A stretch of DNA of 63,969 nt, counting the filler, from Licmophora abbreviata (lineage: Eukaryota): NCBI GenBank assembly GCA_900291995.1. It is 12 parts of 12 records of this genome, joined end to end, with 100 filler letters (N's around TTAATTAATTAA, not from the genome) between each part and the next. Parts side by side here need not be neighbours in the genome. Positions count along the whole stretch, not along the records: positions 23,531 to 38,655 come from OLMU01002464.1; 11 more parts are not named here. One strand, 5' to 3'. The position numbers were made by a program, and so were the translations under genes. Under the pieces are notes generated by a model that ran no database searches, was not told the DNA's origin, and saw only the letters and a program-made list of their open reading frames with translations. Below, piece by piece: positions 24,721 through 36,602 of the stretch (its first letter is position 1; every line of letters starts with the position of its first letter).

Positions 24721-26039
24721 ATGACACCCACAAACAGAGCGACCATGACAAAGACACCTTCATTGTCCACGACGGTGGCGGGAATACGCCTCGACACGTG
24801 CGTCTACAATGCCTCTGGACCTCGGACAGGGTCGTCGGCGGCCCTAGTGAAAATTGCGGCTTCCGAATCCGGCGCCGTCCTCACGAAAAGTGCCACTCTT
24901 CAAAAGCAAACTGGAAATCCTCAGCCTAGGTACGATACGATGATACCAGTTCTGCGACAGGTCGATAGAGTGTCGTTGCGGTACTGTACTCTTTGTGGAT
25001 GAAGTGTCTCACTAATTTTACTGTGGTGTACGAGTAGAACTTGGCATGAGACGGACACGAATGGCGCTTCGCTCAATTCCGAGGGTCTCCCGAACGCCGG
25101 CATCGACTACTACATCGATATCAATACAGTCGAGGAGAGCCTAGAAGACACGAACAAACCGTACATGGTGAGCATCTCAGGAAAATCGCTGGACGATAAT
25201 CTAGTCATGCTGCGGAAGATTGTCGAGTTTCACAAGCAGTCTGACAAGATTGCAGCCATTGAGCTGAACTTGGCGTGCCCTAATGTTATCGGAAAGCCGA
25301 TTATTGCCTACGACTTTGACCAGATGAAGACTGTCTTGAAGGCCGTCTCCAATGTTCGTGGCATTACGAGTGTCCCACTTGGTGTCAAGATGCCTCCCTA
25401 CTTGGATGTTCCGCTCTTTCAACAGGCTGCCAGTATTCTTAACGACTACTCTCATGTCGTCAAGTACGTGGCTTGCATAAATACGATTGGCAATGCCCTG
25501 GCGGTCGATGTCACATCAGAAGGACCCGTGATCTCCGCCAATGGCGGTCTCGCGGGCCTCTCAGGACGAGCGGTCAAGTACACGGCACTGGCGAACGTCC
25601 GACAGATGCGTCTGCTGTTGAAGGATGACATTGATGTGGTGGGCGTTGGCGGTGTCGAGAGTGGAACGGACGCGTTCGAGATGATTCTTTGTGGGCCAGT
25701 GCGGTCCAAGTGGGAACCTGCCATTGGAAAGAGGGCCCCAAGTGCTTTGACCGAATCTGTGCCGAGCTGCGTGACATTATGGCAGGAAAGGGATACGCTG
25801 CTATTGACGACTTTCGTGGCAAACTCAAGCCGTGGTCGAAAGAGGGAGCTGCTGCCACTCGAGCCGCGAGAAAGAACAAACCCACGTTGTTACACAGCTC
25901 TTCGAGTATGGAACTTCTGACGAAAACAGGGATCAATCCATACACGTTTGTGTCTATTGCTGTCGCAGTGGTGGTTGTCTCGTGGGCGCTCGTCGACCAT
26001 TTCGGGCCTCCTGGTTGGGATTTGCAGGGAGACATCTAG
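24721..26039 (+). CDS. pyrD: Class 1A-type dihydroorotate dehydrogenase (Ura1/PyrDA-like) with C-terminal TM; 1-nt frameshift at 25693-25695
   Basis: NASGP, TKSAT, GNPQPR, NSEGLPN, ELNLACPNV.GKP..AYDF, GVKMPPY, INTIGN, GVGGV; intron 24930-25037; adding one G restores ILCGASAVQVGT. Confidence 0.88.
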
Positions 26040-26257
26040 CCGACCGGCGACACGCTTCATTTGGTTACGCGACAGCAGTATAAGCATGATGACGTCGCTG
26101 TTGACCTTTCACTTTGCTACTGTAGTTAGAATAAATCAGTTCGACGCAGTAAAAACATGAAGAGTGGCGCGACGTTCCGGCTCCAGCTCGTACGACGCTA
26201 CTTCGCAACCGGGCAACAAATCAGGTAAAAAGATTGTCGCTACCTGTTTTAATTAAA

Positions 26258-26909
26258 TTACACACCAAAGCTACTTCCACACCCACACGCCTCTTCCGCA
26301 TTGGGATTGAAAAACTTGAATCCTCCTCCAATGAGTTCATCCGAATAATCGAGTTCGAGTCCATACAGATAGAGCTAAGTGCAAGTGCAACACACGAGAA
26401 AGATGGAGAGCCAGTCAGTTTCCGTACAACATGAGTTCAGGCCAAAGCACGAAATCACAAGAAAGGAGAAACCTCCGCTCACTCACCATACTCTTGGCAT
26501 CGACGACACACTTGATATTGTCCTTGGTATACTCGTCGACGGCGTCGTCTTCTTCAATCTCCGCTTCCGTACTGAAATCCATGACGTAGGATAGTCCACT
26601 GCAGCCGCCATTTCGAACTCCCATTCGTAATACCATGGTTTCGTTGGGATCAGACTGCTTCGCTTGAAGTTCTCTGAGTCGTTCCATGGCCTTTGGCTGA
26701 ATTGCAATGACCACGTCGTCGTCCTCCTCCTCGCTGTCTGTAGTAGAATCTGCAGAAGAGGTGTCTGACTTTTCGCTGGTCGAAAACAAGCTAGAATGAG
26801 TCGTTCTCGACGCAACAAAGGTCCTTCGGGGCGACGTCGTGAAAGAAAGCGCAATCTGAGGTAAATTTAGAGCCCACAAGAGGCACACGAGTGAAAGAAA
26901 GGCCGTCAT
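26258..26909 (-). CDS. sufA: Plastid-targeted A-type Fe-S carrier (IscA/SufA, HesB family)
   Basis: GGCSGLSY; intron 26375-26486; last exon [38 protein letters not shown]; signal peptide with ALS/F cleavage. Confidence 0.92.
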
Positions 26910-27663
26910 GGTGGACTACAGCAACAGCGACACGAAAGAGTCGAAGGAATGGTTGTGTGCTCTGTGCGGCTGTATCATACGAGTCTTTGTGAACAAGTCG
27001 TGCTCGTGACTGGCTTATTGGATTGTCTGTTCGTCTGTCATGACGATGTTGAAGTTGCACTCTCCCTACGTGGCAGCCACGTTAGACGAGAGCCACACAA
27101 AAAATGCGGGAAGCAGCAACACGGCGAAACATCTGCCAAACTCTGTGATGCGGAGCGCGCGGGCTCGTACGCACGGCGTTTTTCTTCGCCGACAGGAAGA
27201 GCAAAGAACAAACCATAGCCATCAACACGACCACACGTGCTTGTCGTCGAACGATCGTCTTTCAGAAGACTTATTTCCTGTGTTGCTAGGCTCTTTATAT
27301 GCCTCTAGAAGTCCCCGGTGTCTGAAAGGGTGTCTATCTGCGCAGTCCGCCGAAATCAGAACCGCCAAGTTTCACAAACCCCTTTCATTTATTTCACGCA
27401 TCTTCTTGTGTCGTAAACACACTGCGCAGTTCCGTTTCCAGTTTACACTACATTCCACACTCTTGTCGAAAACAGAGTCGCCGAAGCAAAATTAAAAGAG
27501 ATCCTGACACACAATCGAATCTACAAGAGGTGCTATTCATCGACGCAGACCGACTCTCGAGAGCTGACGTACTACTTCTCTAGTCTATCACTACTTTCAT
27601 CAACCACGAAAGACCACCACCATGTTGCACAGTACTCACCAACGAACGACAAAGGACACGACC

Positions 27664-29590
27664 ATGACCATGATGGGGAGAAGCATTTTCTTGCTGCTAG
27701 TCTTGGCGTGTACCAAGAGTGCTACGTGCAAGAGCGAAGCTTTTCCCACCTCGTTCCTACCTCGGTCGCGTCAGCCACTCTTTGCTACCATTACGCGAGG
27801 AGGAGGCACGCTACCCGCCACCCTCACCAAGATGCACGGCGAAGAATTGCGTGAAAACTCGAGCTCCTGGAATTCCCAGGATCGTCCCATGAACAAGAAT
27901 GGCAAGAAGCCGCAGGACGACGACGACGATCCCGATCGAAATAGCAACAAGAAAAAGTCACTCGATCAAGCGATCCCAGCCGAGTTTGTGGCGGAAACCA
28001 ACTTGCCGACAGACATTGGAAACTTTAGAATTCGCGCCTATCGCGCAGACCAAAGCAGCAATCGCCATGTGGGAACGGAACCCTGCGTCATTTACAGTAC
28101 CGATAAGCCGCCCTTTGGATCCAATGGAGAATACGCCGAACATGTCCCGGTTCGTGTCCATGACCAGTGCTTCACCAGTGAAGTCTTTCGCAGTCAGCGG
28201 TAAGCAGGAGTACAAGCGATGTGTAAATGGAAAATGACTGTGTTGGAACTATTATGCGGGTAACTCATGGTTCTCACTCTCCCTTCGCCTTGTTCTACAG
28301 TTGCGACTGTAAGGAACAGCTAAAGATGTCGCTGGACTATATTCATAAGCACGGAGGCATCATTATCTATCTTCAACAAGAGGGACGCGGGATTGGTCTT
28401 GCCAACAAGGTTGCGGCCTACGCCTTGCAGGACATCGGAATGGATACGGTTGATGCCAATATTCACTTGGGATTCCCTGAAGACTGCCGGCAATACGGAG
28501 TTGTGCCTTCCATCCTAGAAGACATGAAGGTCAAGAGTATTCAGCTCATGACGAACAATCCCCGGAAAGTCGATCGATTGACGGCGCTAGGAATAAACGT
28601 GGAGAACACATTGCCCATGGTCGTCCGGCGGGCCAACATGTACAATCGGCGGTATTTGGAAACGAAGCAGATGCGAATGAATCATACCAACTTTGGTGCC
28701 ATGCTTTCGGCCGCGGACGTTCCAGTGGAACGCGACTATTTGATGACTCCGGGGCGATCCATTGCCGAGACGTACATTAACGCTGGAGAGGAAATGGCGG
28801 CCCATGCTGTACAGCTGTCTCTGCTAGAAGAGGCCGTTAATGGCGATCAAGCAGGGGTGGTGGCGGCCGAAGATGGGTACTGCTTTGGCCGGAAGTCAGT
28901 TGAAGATGCAATTCAAGCCGTGAAGGAGGGAAAGATGGTTGTAGTGGTGGACGACATGAATCGTGAGAACGAAGGGGATCTCATCATTGCGGCCGATGCG
29001 TGCACTCCAGAAGCCATGGCAAGCATTGTTCGATACTCAAGTGGTGTCGTTTGTGTTGCGATGGAAGGCGCGCGCATGGACGAACTCAATCTGCCATCCA
29101 TGGTGAGCAACAACGAAGACCCGAAAAACACTGCATTTAGCGTCACTGTCGATGCGACAGCAGAGAACGGTACGTTTAAAATCCTTGAATGATGTGCGTA
29201 TGAGTCGATAATCGTATCGCATAACTCACACGGGCCTCGTCTTGATCAGGAATCACAACCGGAATCAGTGCACGAGACAGATCAAAAACAATCCAGCTTC
29301 TGGCGAATAGTGAGACATCACAGAATGACTTTGTGCGACCTGGACACATCTTCCCGTTGCGTGCTCGACAGGGTGGCGTCTTGAGCCGTGATGGGCACAC
29401 AGAAGCGGCTATCGACTTGTCACGGCTGGCTGGACTCAGCCCTTGTGGCGTTCTCTGTGAGATTGTGTCAGAAGAAGAGCCTACCGAAATGGCCCGGCTC
29501 CCCGAGCTTAAGCGATTCGCAAAGAAACAAGGGCTAGTCCTCACAAGCATCGCGGATCTTATTCAATACCGACGGGATACTGGTCAATAG
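27664..29590 (+). CDS. RIBA: Plastid-targeted bifunctional GTP cyclohydrolase II / DHBP synthase (riboflavin synthesis)
   Basis: [20 protein letters not shown] and QEGRGIGL, then [29 protein letters not shown] and RDGHTEA; introns 28200-28300 and 29170-29249; SEA/FP presequence. Confidence 0.93.
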
Positions 29591-29842
29591 TACGCTACAA
29601 CTACACTACATATAAGCGAGCTCTTTTTCAGTCTTTGTTGTTGTTTAGCGAGCATGCGAAAGCATATGCGCGTTGTGATAATGTGATCCTTTCCGAAGTC
29701 GATAGCGCAGTGATTGGGCGTGGTAGAACCGTCACAGGTATCAAGGGAGGCCCACCGCTAGATGGGACGATGATGATTGCTCATGGTCGTTCACTATCAA
29801 GCGAGTGTAGCTTACTATTGTCTTAACTTTCTAAAACGATTC

Positions 29843-31669
29843 TCAGTGTGCACCGACCCTTGCCTGGGGAGGATGTGCACTCATTTCTCTCTCTTTTGAA
29901 ACCGCGCCCATGCCGCTGAGAACGGCAGCCATGTCTGCCTCGTCTGTCCCGAATCCCGCAGCCTTTCTCGAGAGGTTCACCCGACTCTCAACACTATCAT
30001 GGATTGCTTCTAAAGTCTCGACTTTCACTACTGGCTTCTTCACTGGCTGCGACACGGGTTGAGGAGCAACTTGTTTCCGTCGCATACGCATCTGCGAGCT
30101 AGTGTTTGCGTCAAGCATAAGCGACGTCCCGCCACCGCGCATAAACGAAGGCACCTGTCGTCCCGCCCCATTATTCGCTCGAGCTTGCTTCAAGAGATAG
30201 TACTCTCTCGACCTGGCATCGCTACTAAATTCTTGTTTGACTGCCTCGGCATCTGCAGATCCCGCAGCTAACGACAAGTCCTTCGCCCAGCTAGTTTGTC
30301 GAAGCGACACAGAGCGTATCTTCTCAGGATCATCCTTGCCATACGTTCGCTGCTTTCTCTGTTCGTCGAGAGTGGCACGAATCGAAGCCCTCACATTCAT
30401 CTGTCGCTGTCGGCCTTCTTCCATTGACGCAATGTGCTCAAGGCCTCTCCGTGAATGGCCGAATGTGCACCACCACTTGTCGCCATAGTCGTCGACAGAT
30501 ACTTGTTTGCCGGCTTCATGACTTCGAAGGTCAGGATCTCGGTCCGAAAGGTGATAGCTCCGTCCACGCGCCTTTGGCCTGGACGATACGGATCCGAGAG
30601 ACGGCGAGGTGGTGAGCCAGACTTCACTGCCGCCTTCGAGCATAGCCTTGGCTATGATGCGACCGGCTTTCTTGAAGCTGTCGTAGTCCGACTTCTGCCA
30701 CCATATCCATGACTTCTCCAGAAAAGTCATTTCCTTGCGAGACTTAATGGCGACCACCCGGGCCATGGGAGAGAACTTGACGTGTTTCGATGCAGTTGGG
30801 GATTGGGTGCCCCCAACACTCGGAAAAAGAGAACGTCTTGGTGTAGTATGACCGTTTCCTGTCGACGGAGATCGAGTTTCCGTCTTCGTTCGACTGAAGC
30901 TTGAGCCCCGGCGCTTTAGAATGCCCTTCAACTTTCCTCGTGTTTGGTTGCCATCAGTGATGACCCTTGTGTCCTCGACAGAGTGCCCGTTGGTCTGTGT
31001 TTGATCCTTGCCGCCGTAAGACGGAATGTCCTCCAGAAGCCCTTTCTTGGAAGGATCCGGAGCGGGAGCTGAGAGCGGGGGGTCCGTCTGTGGTAGACGA
31101 AGCCGTGCTAGCACCGCCATGCGATGCTTGTCTGTGAGCTTCTCGCCATATGCTTCACTCCCTGTGGTGGAGACCTCATCCTCGTCACCAGACAACGCTC
31201 TTTTCAGAGATCCGTTTGTTCCGACACTGCTCTCTCCATCTTTATCGAGCACATCGTTCTTGTTGGAAAACCACGGGGCGATGAGGCAGCACCAAATGTT
31301 GCCTCCACCTTCCCCCCTATGGCTCCCGAAAACAGTGGGTGCATCAGGATCGTAGTCGTAGGTTATCCCCTCGTCGTAGTAGTTTGAATATCGTTCAGCG
31401 TTAAATCCGGAGTACTGAGTGTTGTATGGAAGTGACGACCTCGCCGGCTTGTCGGGGGTCGTCTCTTCCGTATCGAGACAGAGCGACGGATCTGCTTGGG
31501 TATCTGACGATGATTCTTGCTTGTCGAGGCTGCTCAAATCTTGATCGGAATCTCCCGAAGAGATCACTTTCACTTCCGAAGATTCGCCTTCATTCCGAAT
31601 GTCCGAAATAGACGAACTCGACTTTTTCGCCAGGCTTGCTAGGTCCAGAACTGAATCCTTGGCAAACAT
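29843..31669 (-). CDS. Hypothetical protein of a diatom-type 'VxF...W...DY...RGLE' family
   Basis: 608-codon intronless ORF; KGILK, KHVKFSP, IWWQKSDY, SRRGLEH. Confidence 0.8.
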   Translation of the reverse strand: MFAKDSVLDLASLAKKSSSSISDIRNEGESSEVKVISSGDSDQDLSSLDKQESSSDTQADPSLCLDTEETTPDKPARSSLPYNTQYSGFNAERYSNYYDEGITYDYDPDAPTVFGSHRGEGGGNIWCCLIAPWFSNKNDVLDKDGESSVGTNGSLKRALSGDEDEVSTTGSEAYGEKLTDKHRMAVLARLRLPQTDPPLSAPAPDPSKKGLLEDIPSYGGKDQTQTNGHSVEDTRVITDGNQTRGKLKGILKRRGSSFSRTKTETRSPSTGNGHTTPRRSLFPSVGGTQSPTASKHVKFSPMARVVAIKSRKEMTFLEKSWIWWQKSDYDSFKKAGRIIAKAMLEGGSEVWLTTSPSLGSVSSRPKARGRSYHLSDRDPDLRSHEAGKQVSVDDYGDKWWCTFGHSRRGLEHIASMEEGRQRQMNVRASIRATLDEQRKQRTYGKDDPEKIRSVSLRQTSWAKDLSLAAGSADAEAVKQEFSSDARSREYYLLKQARANNGAGRQVPSFMRGGGTSLMLDANTSSQMRMRRKQVAPQPVSQPVKKPVVKVETLEAIHDSVESRVNLSRKAAGFGTDEADMAAVLSGMGAVSKEREMSAHPPQARVGAH

Positions 31670-32617
31670 GGTAGAGATCTACTAGTCTAACGTCGTTCGC
31701 GTGCTTCTGTCTCGGGTTTGTACTCCAGAGAGTGGTCTGATCTAAGCAGAGGTCCGAGGCCAAGGCAGACTCTAGGATGAGAAGGGTGGTGACGAACAAA
31801 TGCCAGGATATGAGTCACAGTTGCGCCAAGTCTGGGCGAAGGCTACAAGGGCACTCGCTTGCCGCCCCAAGTTTGTCAGGATTGCGGTTCACGTTGAGTG
31901 CCGATTGAATGCAGGCCGTCAGTGGCTAAGCCAAGATTCGGCACGGTGTAAAAAGACCGCCCCTCGCCACGAGATCCGATAGTCTGGCAGACCGTAATGG
32001 AGATTGAATTCTCACGTGACAACTCACTCTTCTATCGAACAACCCAAGATCACTATCTTTCCACACCACTCCTATACCTCAAAATCAGTCACAGGGATAC
32101 GTAGGGAGAGGAATCGAAGGCAGATTACCCAAGAAGAGGCAAGTGCGTGAGCTTCTTCCTTGCCATGTGATCCAGTGCCGGTCCTCGCAAATTCTGCCGC
32201 CCCCAAAACACCTGGAACTGTTGCGCGCGCAAATGTATATTCAGACCTGAAAATAGTTTAAACATAGAATTTCGCAGATTTGGGGGACACGTCACCCACG
32301 GCACTACGGAATTTAGTACCGGCTGGATGTCGCACCATTGTCCGAGTCCGAAGAACTCAGCTCGGGACCACGCATGCAAACTTTTTCAACAGTTGGAACC
32401 TTTGACGGAAGGACGAAGCCGCATTCCGCTCTCACCTCCGACCCACAACCTTATAGTATAGGAAACTTTGAGTCTACATTGTCGATTGTGGACTAGCTAC
32501 CATACAACTTATGCTATCAATCTAGCTTACAATAAGCGCAACGTAGGCGAATGTGGATCTCTGATGTTTGCTTGTATCGTGTTTGCAGAATAGTTATAGT
32601 ACTACCGGCCGATTCCT

Positions 32618-34204
32618 CTACTTTCCAGGTGCCTTACGATCGTTCGCGGTTTTCACTTGACCTCCGCCTCCAGAGCCTGAGAAAAGATCGTACATGTGTT
32701 GAATGGTTGTTTCTTCCTTGCTGCGACGCCCCTTAGGCATTGCTACAAAGAATGGTGGGTAGTTACTCGCAGGCGTTGCGTGTGTTCTTCTCGACCACGA
32801 CATCCAACTTAACCGCCTAGGGGTGGCATCGAAGGAGGGGTGTTCAAGCATGTTCTCGAGTAGTTCGGGACACAGGTTATCGATTCGAGTCAACTGACGA
32901 ACCCCAAGCATGAACGTCTTGTAGTTCTTGGCTCTAAAGAACTCTATCATCTCCTCAATGTCCATGTCAGGGGCGTGCTCAAGTCCAACGACCACAACCC
33001 TGGTGGCATCAAGCAGTGGAGCGGCGCGTTGGAGGATGTCTGTTTGCTGATCCATAGACACTCCATCAATGTGCATGTACGGGATTACTATGTTGTCATC
33101 CAGTTGGTCGTCTTGCGAGTCTGGGAAGAGAACACTCTGAAAGTCAGTAGTGTTGTTGTCGGTCAGTTGTCGGCGAGGTGCATCGGCCTCATCGTCGTCT
33201 TGGTCACCAATGAGATTCCCAGCTACATTTCCGTGAGAATCATAGAGATGAACATGTCCTCCATGCTTGCTTTGGAACCGAGTCTCTATGTCTTCGATGG
33301 TGTCGTACTCAAGAGCGTCGGATGGAGGAGCTGCGAAGACATGAAGTTGCGTCCGATGCACACCACGAGGAGGCCACTGCTTGAACGCTTCTTCCGCCAA
33401 ATGGCCTCCATCACGTGCTCCAGTAAAGATCACATGCTGTTGCAGATTTGTGTTTGAGCGGAAGGAGTCAGCGACAGACGAGATGAATCGAGAGATGACT
33501 TTCATTTGGCCCTGTGTGCGGTAAGTGTCATCGACGCTCATCGACACCGGGACCGCCAGTTTTGTTGGATCGACAAAGTCGGGGTTGTACTCATCCTGTG
33601 CTTGTTTGTCAATGAAGAGGTTCATGACACACTGTCGGCCCTGCAGTCGACGCTCCTCAAGTCTCGACCATCCACGATTGTTGCGATTCGAAAGTGGTCC
33701 GACGCCGTAGCATGTAGCGGCAGTCAGTAACACGACGGGAATGACGATCCGTATCAGATTATTCCACTTTCGCTTGGATGACGATGGGGTGTCCTCAAAT
33801 AGTATGGCCTTCTTGTGCAGCGCCGTGAGCAGTCGATAAAACTGATCTCGCAGTGAGTTCAGGACAGACGGCGTCAGACCTTGCGGTTGACTGAGTTGCG
33901 ACTGCGCCGAATGTACTCTTTGGCGCGGCCGTCGCGATGGTGACTGTCTTATTTGTGACTGTAGCAGTGGATGAACATGCATCGCCATCATGCGCACCCC
34001 ATGTCGTTCATTATCTTGCGCAAAGGATCTAGCTGCGGCATATCGAGGCTCATGTGTCGGAACCCAAATTGGTTGCGTTTCGACTGGCGGATGGAGCGAA
34101 CTTGTCACTGATCGAGACGGATCATGGACTCTGACACTTTGAGAGCCCATCGGGGGCTCCCGTCTCCTCTGCGGATCCGTCAGATGATACGGCGACCTCT
34201 TCAT
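32618..34204 (-). CDS. Type II membrane protein with degenerate FkbM-like methyltransferase fold
   Basis: TM IRIVIPVVLLTAATCYGV; FTGARDG, MHIDG, VGLEH and NYKTFMLG..QL.RID pattern. Confidence 0.65.
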   Translation of the reverse strand: MKRSPYHLTDPQRRREPPMGSQSVRVHDPSRSVTSSLHPPVETQPIWVPTHEPRYAAARSFAQDNERHGVRMMAMHVHPLLQSQIRQSPSRRPRQRVHSAQSQLSQPQGLTPSVLNSLRDQFYRLLTALHKKAILFEDTPSSSKRKWNNLIRIVIPVVLLTAATCYGVGPLSNRNNRGWSRLEERRLQGRQCVMNLFIDKQAQDEYNPDFVDPTKLAVPVSMSVDDTYRTQGQMKVISRFISSVADSFRSNTNLQQHVIFTGARDGGHLAEEAFKQWPPRGVHRTQLHVFAAPPSDALEYDTIEDIETRFQSKHGGHVHLYDSHGNVAGNLIGDQDDDEADAPRRQLTDNNTTDFQSVLFPDSQDDQLDDNIVIPYMHIDGVSMDQQTDILQRAAPLLDATRVVVVGLEHAPDMDIEEMIEFFRAKNYKTFMLGVRQLTRIDNLCPELLENMLEHPSFDATPRRLSWMSWSRRTHATPASNYPPFFVAMPKGRRSKEETTIQHMYDLFSGSGGGGQVKTANDRKAPGK

Positions 34205-35012
34205 GGTCCGATCGACGGCTTTTTCGATTTTGTGAGAGCGTAAAAAGTCGGTGACCAATCGATGTGGAGGTCATTCTGGTCATTTGGATTTATGGGCCAT
34301 CGCGACAATCAGGACCAAGAGACATCAATGACAAATTTTAGAATGTCGCAGGTGTCCCGTTTGCCTTCACATTTCCTTTCAACTCATCACATTTTGCGCT
34401 TGAGAGCTGTGACGAGAGATGTGCTTTCCGCGATCGGAATACTGAAGGCACACGGAGTTGCAGTTGCTACGCGATATTCTGACTGTAGTACTGTACTTGA
34501 GCGATGACAGTCGGAACGAGAAGAGTGTCTTGCTAGCGAGAGTGACATGATGTCGACATGTCATCATATCATGTAATCATGTCGTCAGTCGCAGATCGAA
34601 TAGATTCTGCAATCCGATGAGCTGATAGGTGACAGGCCGAGGCGAGAAAGCGACGACCCTTGTCTTCTGGTATCACTGTGAACCTATATGACGACTGGAA
34701 TGGGAACGAATCCAGTGAGAAGGGACGCAAACACATCTCTTCCCCAACCAGTAGACGCTTTCCTCTTTCGGTTCCCTCGAAGCGACGCAACCCCGCAGAG
34801 AGGCGTCATCGAACACGGAAACGGCTGCATGCCAGTGACACTGCGGATATGCCGACAGCAAGGAAAGCAGAACGAAAGCACCTTATCACCGTACTTCTGG
34901 CATACGCTCGACAGGTTCTAAAATTTTAGGTATGCTACTTTCTCAACCTTGCGAATAAGGTACCACACCACTACTTTGACGTTTTGTGGTCGTCACACCG
35001 CTCAGCCTCCAT

Positions 35013-35984
35013 CTACTCGTCTCTCGCACAGGTACACTCGTAATCTTCAAAGTACTGCTGGTAGTATCCACATACATCTTCAAGCTCGGGAGACGGGTCC
35101 ACGTTGCCACTGTACATGTACTGCAGACCCCACGCAAAACTCACAACCGTACAGACGACTCCTACCAACAAACCCACGACTTGGCAATACCGAGAGCCAT
35201 CACTGCCATGGTTTACCGAAAACAACACCATGCCTATGCACCAACCCGCCACCAGCCCACCCAAGTGGGCAGCCCAATCGACAAATGGAATGAAGCTAAA
35301 AAGCGCCACCACCACCACACTGCACAAGACACCCGCCACTTGTTCATTGCGCACTTCGTGTCCAACCCTCGCCTGTTCTGTCTGCTTGTGCTCGCACGCG
35401 CGGCAAATCCACTCGGCCATCTTGCCCCCAAACAATCCCATGACCGCACCGGAGCTGCCGACGCTAATGGAGTCGGGCATGCAAATGACGCTGAGGACGG
35501 ACGATCCGATAGCACTGACCAAGTAGATCGCGAGCCACGTGGCGGACCCCCATTCACGTTCAAAGAAGGCCCCCGTCTCGAGCTGCACAGCAATGTTACA
35601 CACAAGATGAATTACACCGGCATGGAGAAGAATGGGAGTAACAAGCCGCCACCATTCGCCGCCGTCAATAATACTGACGGCATTTTTGCCGCCCCACTCA
35701 CTGAGTGAGTCAGGATAAGGTCCGATCATTGGATTAATACTCATGGGCGCAACGCCACACTGCCACATCATAAGAGCAAGAATTATCGTCTGCGTAAGGG
35801 AGAATAGGATACTGAGATACCCCCAGCGCTGCTTGACGACGTAAATTTGGCGCTGCTCCTCGTCTTCGAGGAGAGGTTCGTCCTTTTCACGAAGGGACGA
35901 CGTTTTCGCGAGAGGATCTTCCTGATCTCCCAAATTACTATAGTCGCTCCAAGTAGGAGGATCGTTTTGTTGTTGCTTGAACAT
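35013..35984 (-). CDS. Rhomboid intramembrane serine protease
   Basis: EWWRLVTPILLHAGVIHL, SVGSSGAVMG, AHLGG. Confidence 0.93.
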   Translation of the reverse strand: MFKQQQNDPPTWSDYSNLGDQEDPLAKTSSLREKDEPLLEDEEQRQIYVVKQRWGYLSILFSLTQTIILALMMWQCGVAPMSINPMIGPYPDSLSEWGGKNAVSIIDGGEWWRLVTPILLHAGVIHLVCNIAVQLETGAFFEREWGSATWLAIYLVSAIGSSVLSVICMPDSISVGSSGAVMGLFGGKMAEWICRACEHKQTEQARVGHEVRNEQVAGVLCSVVVVALFSFIPFVDWAAHLGGLVAGWCIGMVLFSVNHGSDGSRYCQVVGLLVGVVCTVVSFAWGLQYMYSGNVDPSPELEDVCGYYQQYFEDYECTCARDE

Positions 35985-36602
35985 GACGGCTTCGGAAGGG
36001 TTGAGGACAAGTGAAGACAAAACTACAAAAACCAAATTTTCCGAATTTCGGATCGAAAACTTGGATCGATCAATCTGTGATTTCAGAGCTTCCTGGGCTT
36101 ATCGGAGGTTTCGAAACTACTCCAGAGTCCGTAGAAGAAATGAAACGAGAAGACGGCGCAGCAATCGAAGAGATGATGATGGATATGAACCAGGTATGAT
36201 AGCTCTCCAAAATTCAAATCTCGTTCTTGACGCGACGTCGACCGCGCCAGCATTGGGTGTTGATCCCGGCACAGGCACGCGCGCGAGCGAGCACAACAAC
36301 TTCGTCCGTATGCCGGATCTGTTCCCACTTTGAAAATGAGTGTAAACAAATAACTGACGACGAGATGAAGCTACTCGAGGTGTCCTTACGACTTGGTGAG
36401 CTATCGATCCATCCAAGTGCTAGCTATGATATGGTAAAGTTGAAAGAAGGTAGAACTCTCAACCGGTGCTATCTTTCGTGTTGATGAATCGTATATCTTT
36501 TGCCAGCTTGTAGAGCTACGATCGCTACAACACTATATCTATTTCCATTCTTGAAGCATCAATCACACGCTATTTCCCGATTGTCACTCTGGTACATGCA
36601 TA

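Noticed and set aside
36140..36484. Possible two-exon 87-aa gene (intron 36194-36274)
   Set aside because: Splice sites are in phase but the acceptor is weak and the product has no recognisable features.
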